Virus record (IMG/VR): IMGVR_UViG_3300038321_000060
Location: 1 to 40,861 of that record
Source of the DNA: a virus
Taxonomy: Duplodnaviria; Caudoviricetes
Strand: one strand, 5' to 3'
DNA: 40,861 nt
Shown: one piece after another, positions 9,049-17,131 of the stretch
Position numbering within the stretch: the first letter of the stretch is position 1
How the letters are laid out: the number at the start of each line of letters is the position of its first letter
Position numbers and translations under genes: made by a program
The notes under the pieces: generated by a model
Databases searched by the model: none
Told to the model about the DNA's origin: nothing
What the model saw: only the letters and a program-made list of their open reading frames with translations

Positions 9049-10362
9049 TTACTCTACGATTACAACCATATATAATTGTGCCATGGCGTTCACTGGTGTA
9101 ACCAGATCATTAACAACAACCGCTTTTTTATGATCACCCTTCGCAACCGTTACGTTTTCTGGATCAAAATCTTCAATTGCTCTAATGGATTCGAGTAACT
9201 GGTGATGTTTTACAATGTCATTCCAAAGGCTAATCTGTCCTGCTCGGTCATTAGGCACATTACCAAGATATTTAGTGTTGAACAATACCGCTATGTCATT
9301 GGCGATCTGATCTAATACTCTAATGGTCTGGTTACTCGCAAAGTCAATACTCTTTTCATCTGTTACGGTGGTAAAGCTATTAATATCATCAAGCACTCTC
9401 ACGTCTTCGCCGACAAGATGAAACATGAATTTACCAGCAACTAAACCAGCTTCTAATTCGCTTTGTTTATATTTGGTATCGACTTCATATTCTCCATCAT
9501 ATTTTTTATTGGTATTACTCTTATTAACCGGTGCTCCACCAATTGCCCCGGTAACCCAATACACTAACGCTGCTGGGTTTTCATCATCTAAGACTTTGTT
9601 TTCTAAATTAACAATTCCCTCATAGTCAGCTGCAGTCTGGTATACTACAGTCTGGAACTTTGCTCCTACCGTATCTCTTATTCGCTTAGTGTACTCCACA
9701 AACAAACTAATGATTAATTCATCAGTGGATAAGCAACCTAAAGCATTAAACGAATATGATTCAAAGGCATCCAATGCTGCCTGATACTGTGTCCCCGTTA
9801 ACTCATCTCCGTTACTTCCAAGGGTTAACGGTAGTCCAGCGGTTTCAGCAAGAACAACGTTAGTTTTCCAATCAACATAGTCATTTGATTTTAGATTATC
9901 AGTATTGGGTTCAACCGTTTGTTCATCAACCAGCGTATTCCCCAAATAGGTTAAAACGTCCATTTTCGTTATATCGTCTACATTAGTTGCAACAACCGTT
10001 TTTAAATCATTACCGCGGATTCCCTTATATTTCGCATTACAATAAGTATTTGATGCCTTAACCCCATTGCTCATTAATTTGTAAAAATACACCATTTTTA
10101 ACCCGGGTTTAAATAAATCTCTTAACCCTTTCAACTTACTATGAGTGTAATCATAACCGAAGATCGGCAAAGATTCTTTCTGAAAGTCCTCTGGTGTTAC
10201 TGCAAAAACTTCATCATCAACTCCCCAATCCAACTGTAAAGGTAAAGCAATATAACCCCGGTCAGAAAGGTTTGCCGATGCTTTAGCCGCACTAATAAAA
10301 TTAATATAACTACCCGGTAAGATTTTATTTTGTACTAAAAACTTTCCCCCACCTAACGCCAT
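9049..10362 (-). CDS. Contractile tail sheath protein (XkdK)
   Basis: MALGGG.F..QNK.LPGSYINF N-terminus; NQTIRVLDQIANDI, PVNAMAQLY. Confidence 0.92.
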   Translation of the reverse strand: MALGGGKFLVQNKILPGSYINFISAAKASANLSDRGYIALPLQLDWGVDDEVFAVTPEDFQKESLPIFGYDYTHSKLKGLRDLFKPGLKMVYFYKLMSNGVKASNTYCNAKYKGIRGNDLKTVVATNVDDITKMDVLTYLGNTLVDEQTVEPNTDNLKSNDYVDWKTNVVLAETAGLPLTLGSNGDELTGTQYQAALDAFESYSFNALGCLSTDELIISLFVEYTKRIRDTVGAKFQTVVYQTAADYEGIVNLENKVLDDENPAALVYWVTGAIGGAPVNKSNTNKKYDGEYEVDTKYKQSELEAGLVAGKFMFHLVGEDVRVLDDINSFTTVTDEKSIDFASNQTIRVLDQIANDIAVLFNTKYLGNVPNDRAGQISLWNDIVKHHQLLESIRAIEDFDPENVTVAKGDHKKAVVVNDLVTPVNAMAQLYMVVIVE

Positions 10363-10565
10363 TACTTTTTCACCTCTTTTTTCGTCATAAAGTCTTTGAT
10401 TAATTTATCAACTTCGGATAAACTGTAAGATTTATCATTTTCCAAAATCGCATTTAGTAAATCAGTTTGATGTTGATATTTTTTGGAATTCAACAATTGA
10501 CGCTTAGTAAATACTGATTCTTTTTTAGTCTTAATTTCGTTGATCTCTAAAATATTTTTACTCAT
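10362..10565 (-). CDS. Small conserved protein upstream of sheath
   Basis: FTK.QLL.SKKY...DLL.AIL...K.YS..EV motif; coupled overlaps at both ends. Confidence 0.7.
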   Translation of the reverse strand: MSKNILEINEIKTKKESVFTKRQLLNSKKYQHQTDLLNAILENDKSYSLSEVDKLIKDFMTKKEVKK

Positions 10566-10986
10566 CCGTTTTCACTCCCCCAGTATAAATAATTTCATCC
10601 ATGGGATCTAAAGGTTCTTCTACTCGTTTAACAAACATCCCATAGCTAACAAAAAAATGTAATACTCCATCGAATTTTTCATAACTCATTTTTGTCCCTC
10701 GAAGCTGATCGCCATTTACCATCGTGATGTATTCCAAATCATTAAATAAACTTGAACCAACTTCATCAAGTTCATCATTATCACCCTGAACCGAAGGGAA
10801 ATAAAGAACGTCAATAGAAACTTCTAAAAAATATCTGTTGCCTATAATTTGTTTTCTGGATGGACTTAGCACTTGAATAAAAAAACAAGGTTCCTCTAAA
10901 CCTTGTTCGACCCGTTTACTATAAATTTCGTAACCAAATACTTGGTATAATTGTATTGATATAGCGTTTTTAATATCATTTACCAT
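10558..10986 (-). CDS. Tail terminator-like protein
   Basis: True start is ATG 10986 (TAATG overlap with the gp10 exon 2 stop); EQGLEEPCFFI and DGVLHFFV motifs; synteny. Confidence 0.75.
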   Translation of the reverse strand: MVNDIKNAISIQLYQVFGYEIYSKRVEQGLEEPCFFIQVLSPSRKQIIGNRYFLEVSIDVLYFPSVQGDNDELDEVGSSLFNDLEYITMVNGDQLRGTKMSYEKFDGVLHFFVSYGMFVKRVEEPLDPMDEIIYTGGVKTDE

Positions 10987-11134
10987 TAAAAAATTCCCCC
11001 AAGTATTTTTTCTAGTTTCTTTTCTAGGATCGCGGGTGCTTGTGCATCTAATTCCTGTTCGGAAATAGTTAGCATGAACCGACCTTCCACCCATCCTTTA
11101 TGATCTCTTGTTCTGTGTCCGTATTCTACGTAAG
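10986..11134 (-). CDS. HK97-gp10-like tail completion protein, exon 2
   Basis: Reads (S)YVEYGHRTRDHKGWVEGRFMLTISEQELDAQAPAILEKKLEKILGGIF*, the conserved gp10 C-terminus; joins exon 1 in frame. Confidence 0.9.
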
Positions 11135-11327
11135 CATTTTGTTATCGCAAAGGCTTTTTATCCTTTGCTTCTTATGGTTTCCCATAAGTTCGGCGTACAT
11201 CATAAAAGCCTGATTAAATCAGGCTTTTTCGAGCACTCTTGGAGAGATTATATTTATTCACTCTCTACGCTCTACGGTGCCATCTGACCTTTCGTTATCC
11301 AGATGGTTACCACGGTGTTAGCATGTC

Positions 11328-12101
11328 TTATTTTATCAGGTCATCTCCTCGTTTTCCTGCTCTATAACGAGACTTTAGAGTATTAAGATTAATCCCCGTC
11401 AGCTTGGACAATTCTGTTAAAGATACATCTTTTCCATTGTAATAAACACTACGCTTTTGTCCTGCCGACTTGACATCATTAAATAACTTTGGAGGTCTTA
11501 CCCCCCTATTCCAACGAGCAATTAATGCAGAATATTTAATCCCGCTTAATTCAGATGCCTCAAGTAATGTCATTTCTTGACCTTTAAAAGAAACTTTAAT
11601 ATTACTTCTTCTATTTCTCGCTTGCATCTTTGCATTTACCCATCTGCAATTATTGGGTGAATATCCTCTATTGTTATCAATACGATCAATAGTCAAGTCA
11701 TCAGAATACCCATTTGAAAGCGCCCACTGGCAAAACAAATTAAAGTCCATCCACTCATTACAGACAGTTATTCCCCGTCCACCATACTTGTAATAATCAG
11801 AGCTTCTTTCATTGGAACAACGCGCTTTCATCTTTTGCCATATGTGATAAAGTCTTGTATTACTCATTTTATGGGAATGGTGCAAAGAAACATTTTTAAT
11901 TGCCTGTTCTTTATGTAGGCACCCACAAGATTGAACATTTCCGCTTGTTAAACTGTCCGTTCTAACTTCATGGGTGTTTCCACAATCACATTGACAAAAC
12001 CAATAATACCTGTATCTTTTTCCACTTTTCTTTTGTTTTGACAGTTTTAAAACCACTAATCTTCCAAATCTCTGACCTGTTAAATCATTGAATGTGGCCA
12101 T
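11328..12101 (-). CDS. Intron-encoded HNH-like (His-Me finger) homing endonuclease
   Basis: DLTGQRFGRL..W.CQCDCG..SCGC N-domain; YGGRGI.VC.EW...LTIDRIDNN.GYSP.NCRW...QARN core; two C-terminal HTH-like repeats; RBS GGAGG. Confidence 0.88.
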   Translation of the reverse strand: MATFNDLTGQRFGRLVVLKLSKQKKSGKRYRYYWFCQCDCGNTHEVRTDSLTSGNVQSCGCLHKEQAIKNVSLHHSHKMSNTRLYHIWQKMKARCSNERSSDYYKYGGRGITVCNEWMDFNLFCQWALSNGYSDDLTIDRIDNNRGYSPNNCRWVNAKMQARNRRSNIKVSFKGQEMTLLEASELSGIKYSALIARWNRGVRPPKLFNDVKSAGQKRSVYYNGKDVSLTELSKLTGINLNTLKSRYRAGKRGDDLIK

Positions 12102-12122
12102 TATACCACCTCCATTAATAAC

Positions 12123-12151
12123 ATTGTATCATAATGCTCTGTTGATGTCCA
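12123..12151 (-). promoter_or_regulatory. Sigma-A-type promoter inside the intron for the endonuclease
   Basis: TGGACA-17 nt-TACAAT with TGn extension, about 20 nt upstream of the ATG. Confidence 0.65.
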
Positions 12152-12223
12152 CATTCAATATATACCAATTACAAGATTTAGCTTTCACCGTTTTTGCTCG
12201 ATTTTATATGCCCCATTACGTTA

Positions 12224-12563
12224 AGGCATAATGCACTGGATTAATAATTTCAATCTGATACATATTACCGATCTTCGTAATTTCTAACGAATCAACATAT
12301 TTTTTTACTCCTGTTGACTTTCCAGACATCGCTTCTTCTTCGGTTTCAGCAGTCCATCCCCGTCTTAATGTTCCCCCCAAAACACCAGTGGATTGTTCAT
12401 ATTGTCCGACCGGTGTTCTTTTAATAACCTTCGCCAATAGTCTTGCCGCCAATTCTTTAGCCGCCGAATGGCAAAACGTTACCCGATCAATTTTTTCTAG
12501 TTGTTGTAATTTCTTCTGAAGGTCTTTTAATTGCTTAAAATCACATTTACCCCATCTAGCCAT
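12224..12563 (-). CDS. HK97-gp10-like tail completion protein, exon 1
   Basis: KELAARLLAKVIKRTPVG..GGTLRRGW...NPVHYA; breaks inside the YASYVEYGH motif; spliced product is 162 aa. Confidence 0.9.
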
Positions 12564-12916
12564 CACGCCCACCCCTTGAAAAGTTCCATAATAATTTCTT
12601 GGTGATTCGTATAGACCGCTGGTTCACCAGTATTTGCAAACTCTGTGGTTCTGTTGTTTTGGGTAACAATGATTTTAGATCCGGGAGGGATGAGCAGCTC
12701 ATTTGATAAAAATATTTTGGGAACCTGAACAACTTCAGCAACACCATTTGTATTAGTGGTTGGAGTTAAGGTTTGATAAGACAATCGGCAGGGTTCATCT
12801 GTATAAAGGGTGACTGGAACAAATTCAGTTCTTTTAGTGATTGGATCTTGTTGCTTAGTTTTAACTATAACAGTGCAAGTACCTTTCCAAAGTCTTTTAA
12901 GTGGATTATTCACCAT
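12563..12916 (-). CDS. Head-closure (stopper) protein
   Basis: PCRLSY, IPPGSKIIVTQ, G.PAVY.NHQEI motifs; synteny. Confidence 0.75.
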   Translation of the reverse strand: MVNNPLKRLWKGTCTVIVKTKQQDPITKRTEFVPVTLYTDEPCRLSYQTLTPTTNTNGVAEVVQVPKIFLSNELLIPPGSKIIVTQNNRTTEFANTGEPAVYTNHQEIIMELFKGWA

Positions 12917-13293
12917 TTTATACACCTATAAGAAATGAGTTCATTTTCACCATGCGTCATTAAATACTTGATCAAATTATCTAACCTTTTTTCAGGAGTT
13001 AGATCCCCGTCACCAATCGCGTAAGTGATCGATGTATCACCTTCCTGGATTTGTTTGACTGCTGCTTCCAGATCAAACCCCGCCAAATTACCGATTGATT
13101 TTTTATTGAGTAAAAATTCCCCAACCACCATATCAATTGAAATATTCAGAAGTTCTTCCGGGATCGTACTGACGTTACAAGTATTTTTGATGTGATTTTC
13201 TACTTTTTGAATAAGAAAAGTTAACATCCAAGAATCAGCTTCCGTAACCTGGTAACCAAACGATGCCAACCTTTCTTTTACATCTTCAAGCAT
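12910..13293 (-). CDS. Head-tail connector/adaptor protein
   Basis: CN...IPEEL, VKQIQEGDTSITY motifs; synteny. Confidence 0.8.
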   Translation of the reverse strand: MLEDVKERLASFGYQVTEADSWMLTFLIQKVENHIKNTCNVSTIPEELLNISIDMVVGEFLLNKKSIGNLAGFDLEAAVKQIQEGDTSITYAIGDGDLTPEKRLDNLIKYLMTHGENELISYRCIKW

Positions 13294-13305
13294 TTAATCA
13301 CATCC

Positions 13306-13539
13306 TTATTCAGATTTTTTCTTTCTTCCTGGTTTTTTAGGTTGTTCTATTTCTAAGTCTTTAACTGGTTTTTTCTCAACCGGCATTTCTTCTTTAACTG
13401 GTTTTTCTTCCACTTTGTAACCTTTTTCCTTAAACCAAGCAATTAACAAAGGGTTGGCAGTTTCGCCAACCCCGTTTATAAAAGTTACCCCTGCACTAAT
13501 ACCGCTATATTGTTTATTTGGAGCTGATATCTTAGCCAT
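13306..13539 (-). CDS. Small head-associated protein
   Basis: APNK.Y.G.SAGV.F.NGVGET....I.WF.EKGY.VE; lysine-rich tail. Confidence 0.7.
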   Translation of the reverse strand: MAKISAPNKQYSGISAGVTFINGVGETANPLLIAWFKEKGYKVEEKPVKEEMPVEKKPVKDLEIEQPKKPGRKKKSE

Positions 13540-14114
13540 TACGATGCTTTCACCTCGACTTCAACCGTGGCCGTTACACCTAGAGCAACAGTAAAGGGTA
13601 ACGGAATATCTCCTAATGTTGCGGTGAAAGTATAGCTGGCCGCAGCCCCTTTATTATAAGTGTCAGTATCAGCCCACGCGGTGACGGGTACGGTTGCCTT
13701 AGATCCATTTGCAAAAGTTGCCGTTACAACTTCCGGTAAAACAGCAATAACTTCATCTTTGTCAGCGAAAACCGGATCTGCCAATGTCCCGCCGTCAATG
13801 TCCGGGATTTCGTCAAATGTAGTAATTTCAATTTTCATCAGCGTAATCAACGCCGTTTCAATTGCCGCAACTAAAACACCTTTTGACATCCCGCTGGGAT
13901 CAATACCTGCATAAGGAGCAAATATTCTTAATTGCTCAACTGTTAGTAAATCCCACGGTGACAATGTATCTGTGCCGGGAACTACTAAATAACCGTGAGC
14001 AGTAAACCAAGCAAGTGTTTTGGTATCAGCATCAGGAACTGCAGCTACACCATTAATAAAATCCACGCCATAATCACAACTATGACTTTGATTCAACGAA
14101 TAAATTCTAGCCAT
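13539..14114 (-). CDS. Putative capsid decoration protein with C-terminal Ig-like domain
   Basis: N-terminus similar to 13306-13539; C-terminal LPEVVTATFANG..VPV.W...Y...YTFTATL resembles a Big_4-type Ig fold. Confidence 0.6.
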   Translation of the reverse strand: MARIYSLNQSHSCDYGVDFINGVAAVPDADTKTLAWFTAHGYLVVPGTDTLSPWDLLTVEQLRIFAPYAGIDPSGMSKGVLVAAIETALITLMKIEITTFDEIPDIDGGTLADPVFADKDEVIAVLPEVVTATFANGSKATVPVTAWADTDTYNKGAAASYTFTATLGDIPLPFTVALGVTATVEVEVKAS

Positions 14115-14135
14115 TCAATTAACTCCTTTCTTATC

Positions 14136-15092
14136 TTATTGAACTTTAATTCGTCTCAATACACCCGCCGCCTTAGTTGCTTTTAATACAACCGCAGCAA
14201 CCATTTCAACTTCTCCGGTCTTAACCGCTCCCGCAGTTTTATAATCAGGCAACCAACTCTGGACGGGAGGAACCCCGGCCATTGAAACAGCGTGAAAACC
14301 ATCTAAACCTAATCTTGCAGCATAAAGTGATGTTTCGCCAGTTCCAACATTGATTGGTACAACCGGGTTATTGCTTCCAGGTTGTGCGCCAAAATCGATT
14401 AATGGAACGTTACCATATTGTTCTATTTGTTGTCCAAAATCATTTTTGGTAACTTGATACATTCCTGCGCGTCTAGCAACTGCTCGAATTTTGGCAATAA
14501 GTTTAGTGTTACCCCCAATGAAAGAAGGTGTTCCGTCTAAACTCATTAAAAATTCGTCCAAGACATCTAAAAACGCTTGCCAATTGGCGGTAACATTCGT
14601 AGATGTGTCTAACACTAGTGGAGCAGCTGGAATCATTTCAGTACTCGATCCCACTAATGCTTTATCCAATCCGTCAAATTCATTAGGATCGACGCCATTA
14701 TCTCCATTAATGACAGTATGGTTGAACAATGCCGCAGCGGCCTTAATTTTTTGCTGCATTTGAAGAGTTACTTCAGAAATGATTCCACCCATATTGGCAA
14801 TCACTCGATCAATGTTAAATGACCCACCGAAAACTTTTAAATCCGTTGTGAATCGTTGTTTGTTAACTTCTTGTGCTTGATATTCCTGGTTTACCGCCCT
14901 AAAAGCAGCAGTGGGTTGAGTAATTAATCTTGTGTAACCATAAGTAAGAGTTGCACCTCCCCCAGTGGGAGAAACACAATCATCAAAAGTCAAATTGTTG
15001 AAAAGATAACTACTTTTAGCAAATTCATCGATGACCCCCATTTGAAGATCATCTTGAACATTTAACCTAGCTTGTGCTAAAGTTACGGGCAT
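14136..15092 (-). CDS. Major capsid protein
   Basis: Follows scaffold; LKVFGGSF.IDRVI, INGD...EFDGLDKAL, GEVEM motifs; start ATG 15092 after AAAGGTGG. Confidence 0.85.
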   Translation of the reverse strand: MPVTLAQARLNVQDDLQMGVIDEFAKSSYLFNNLTFDDCVSPTGGGATLTYGYTRLITQPTAAFRAVNQEYQAQEVNKQRFTTDLKVFGGSFNIDRVIANMGGIISEVTLQMQQKIKAAAALFNHTVINGDNGVDPNEFDGLDKALVGSSTEMIPAAPLVLDTSTNVTANWQAFLDVLDEFLMSLDGTPSFIGGNTKLIAKIRAVARRAGMYQVTKNDFGQQIEQYGNVPLIDFGAQPGSNNPVVPINVGTGETSLYAARLGLDGFHAVSMAGVPPVQSWLPDYKTAGAVKTGEVEMVAAVVLKATKAAGVLRRIKVQ

Positions 15093-15115
15093 ATAAAATA
15101 CCACCTTTCATAATT

Positions 15116-15700
15116 TTATTGTTTAGTTTCAAAATGTGCTTTAATAGCATCCGCTAAAGTTTTTGGTTGTTCACCGCCGGGATGATCTGTTTTTTCACCC
15201 GGCTTAAGTCCCTTAAAATTAGGTTTTCCTGATGTTTCAAGATCAAACAAAAATTTAGAATCTTCCCCTTCAGTCAATTTTTTAATTTGATCATCTAACC
15301 CCTTGACAGATTCACCATCTAATTCAACTTTTTCTAAATCCAATAACGCTTTAACCGCTTTTGTGTTTTTGGCTTTAGCATTAATTAATGCTTTTTCAAC
15401 AGCATTATCAAGCTGAATCTGTTTTATTTCAGCTTGATATTTTTCTTTTGCGGTTTTATTTTCGTCTTGAAGTTTTTCAATCTGTGCTTTCAAACCTTCA
15501 GCATCAACTTTTTTGAGATCTTCAAGTTGTTTGTCCCTGGTTTTAATATCATCTTCAGCTTTTTTCTTAGCTTCATTTACTTCATCGAATCTTGATTTCG
15601 GAATAAATCCTTTTAACTCTTCTGCTGATGCTTCTGCCGCTTTTGTTGCTTGTTCTTCGGTCAAACCTAATTTTAAAAAATCCTCTTTTTTCACTATCAA
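15116..15700 (-). CDS. Scaffolding protein (Phage_GP20 family)
   Basis: FIPKSRFDEVN, RDKQLEDLKK, AKAKN.KAVKALLD, GLDDQI..L...SKFLF. Confidence 0.88.
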   Translation of the reverse strand: MIVKKEDFLKLGLTEEQATKAAEASAEELKGFIPKSRFDEVNEAKKKAEDDIKTRDKQLEDLKKVDAEGLKAQIEKLQDENKTAKEKYQAEIKQIQLDNAVEKALINAKAKNTKAVKALLDLEKVELDGESVKGLDDQIKKLTEGEDSKFLFDLETSGKPNFKGLKPGEKTDHPGGEQPKTLADAIKAHFETKQ

Positions 15701-15724
15701 AACATTCCTTTCAAATTACATTTT

Positions 15725-15792
15725 TTAACCCGGTTCAGTCCGGTTTTATTTGTCTTGTTAGTTTCCGTCCAACAATACCAAAATGACGATGG
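15725..15792 (-). promoter_or_regulatory. Candidate structured leader RNA upstream of the GP20 scaffold gene
   Basis: Pairings CGUC/GACG, UUGUUGG/CUAACAA and CCGG-ACUGAA-CCGG just before the RBS; position matches that of the described GP20-a/GP20-b RNA motifs. Confidence 0.45.
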
Positions 15793-15795
15793 TAC

Positions 15796-15987
15796 TTAGT
15801 TTTCTTCAATTATCTTGAAGTCATTATTTTTCGATAGATAAACGCAACACTCTGAACCATTTTCATCTAAGAAACTAAAACTTCCATAATCATACCCTCT
15901 AGAAAAATGTAATATGTTCTCATAAGTTTTTCCGTCATAAATAACCTTCGTTCCCTTAATTGGTTTTGGTTTTCTAATATACACCAC
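15796..15987 (-). CDS. Hypothetical protein (probable ATT start at 15978)
   Basis: ORF between gp7 and scaffold with RBS AGGTGG. Confidence 0.6.
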   Translation of the reverse strand: MVYIRKPKPIKGTKVIYDGKTYENILHFSRGYDYGSFSFLDENGSECCVYLSKNNDFKIIEEN

Positions 15988-16004
15988 CTTCTTTCAAAAA
16001 TACA

Positions 16005-16045
16005 TGAAAAAACGGCTTGTTTAAATGCCCTACAAGCCGTTTAAA
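16005..16045 (-). terminator. Terminator-like hairpin after minor capsid gene
   Basis: AAACGGCTTGT/ACAAGCCGTTT inverted repeat followed by T tract on the minus strand. Confidence 0.55.
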
Positions 16046-16105
16046 ATAAGGGGTTAAGGTGATTGTACCTGTGGTTATTTCATTAATTATCACTCTCCAA
16101 GTAAT

Positions 16106-17131
16106 TTATTTTATAAACTTCTTTTTCCACTCATGGTATTTCATATCAGCAGGTACATAATACGTCTGACCATCTTCATCCCTTGCCGCCCGTTCACCAT
16201 AATTATCCTCAAACCAAGGAGCAGTTACCGTTCTACACCAAGGATGAAATGGTGGAGCAGTGACCCCAACCTCATAATCCTTCATATCGAATACTTCACC
16301 ATCTAAATCTTGGCAAAGATCACTAGTGTGCGAATCAAGAGTTGCCACTATTTCAAAGCGTTCCACATCCAAAGCATTAAAACAATCTTTCTGGGCAATG
16401 GATGCGAACGCCGCTGATTCAGTCATTACCAACCGCCCGGCTTTTCGTCGGTCAACCCCAAACTGATCAACAAGCGCATCAATTGCCTTCTTAGGTTCCT
16501 CCCCCCGGATCACTGCCTGGGTGAGTTTGGTTTGAAGAGTTCCTAACAACTGTTCTTTATTACCCCACAAACGATCAGAAAATGTTTTTTTATCCACTGA
16601 CCAAGGTTTAGACAAAATCTTATCCAGTTGGTTCTGATTCAAGCTGTGCAGATCCCAACCAATGTTAAACCCTTTTTGAATTTCGTAAGCAGTATGATAA
16701 TAACCATCAGAATATATATTTCTTAATATCTTATCCAGACTATCCACTTGACCCCCATACAGAACTTCAACTTGCTGTTGCATCTGAAGTTTTAACGATT
16801 GTAACCGGGAAATATGAACCCTTGCTGATGCGTTTTCAAGTTCTTTCATCCATTGTGGGTTGAGTGCATTTTCCCGCCCATACTTGATATATTCTTCAAC
16901 ACTCCAACGAAACTCTTTTAATTCGTTAGTGGTTAAAAGTTTCCTTGCGTCAGTCATACTAATTTCATTGTTTATTGCAAAACGTTCATACCAATAAACT
17001 AATTCTCGTTCTATATGTGCGGATGTTATTTTGTATTGTTTATCAAGATTTCTAAGATACGTTTCACCCTTCCTTAGCTGTGCTTTTTCAAGCAGTTCCA
17101 TCCTTCGTTTCCAATACTCTCTATTCCTCAT
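16106..17131 (-). CDS. Minor capsid/head morphogenesis protein (SPP1 gp7/MuF)
   Basis: RLVMTESA, ATLD..TS..CQ.LDG, APPFHPWCR motifs. Confidence 0.9.
   Translation of the reverse strand: MRNREYWKRRMELLEKAQLRKGETYLRNLDKQYKITSAHIERELVYWYERFAINNEISMTDARKLLTTNELKEFRWSVEEYIKYGRENALNPQWMKELENASARVHISRLQSLKLQMQQQVEVLYGGQVDSLDKILRNIYSDGYYHTAYEIQKGFNIGWDLHSLNQNQLDKILSKPWSVDKKTFSDRLWGNKEQLLGTLQTKLTQAVIRGEEPKKAIDALVDQFGVDRRKAGRLVMTESAAFASIAQKDCFNALDVERFEIVATLDSHTSDLCQDLDGEVFDMKDYEVGVTAPPFHPWCRTVTAPWFEDNYGERAARDEDGQTYYVPADMKYHEWKKKFIK

Larger units (their letters stand above)
11135..12223 (-). ncRNA. Group I self-splicing intron (IA-like, 1089 nt) containing a homing endonuclease
   Basis: P1 UAUGCCU/GGGCAUA with U.G at the 5' splice site; P10 ACGUAA/UUACGU; P3 UCGAGCA/UGCUCGA; P4 ACGGUG/CACCGU; P6a CCAUCUG/CAGAUGG; P7 G(A)GCGUA/UACGCC; P7.1; P8; P9 with GAAA loop; terminal G. 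Confidence 0.93.

Noticed and set aside
10987-11094. ORF-track N-terminal extension MGGRSVHAN... of the tail terminator
   Set aside because: This DNA is gp10 exon 2 in another frame; the real start is the coupled ATG at 10986.
11135-12223. Free-standing HNH insertion, IS element or group II intron
   Set aside because: No terminal inverted repeats, target duplication or RT; group I core helices and U/G boundaries are present.
16106-17131. MuF polymorphic toxin
   Set aside because: The protein ends right after the MuF domain; no C-terminal toxin extension.
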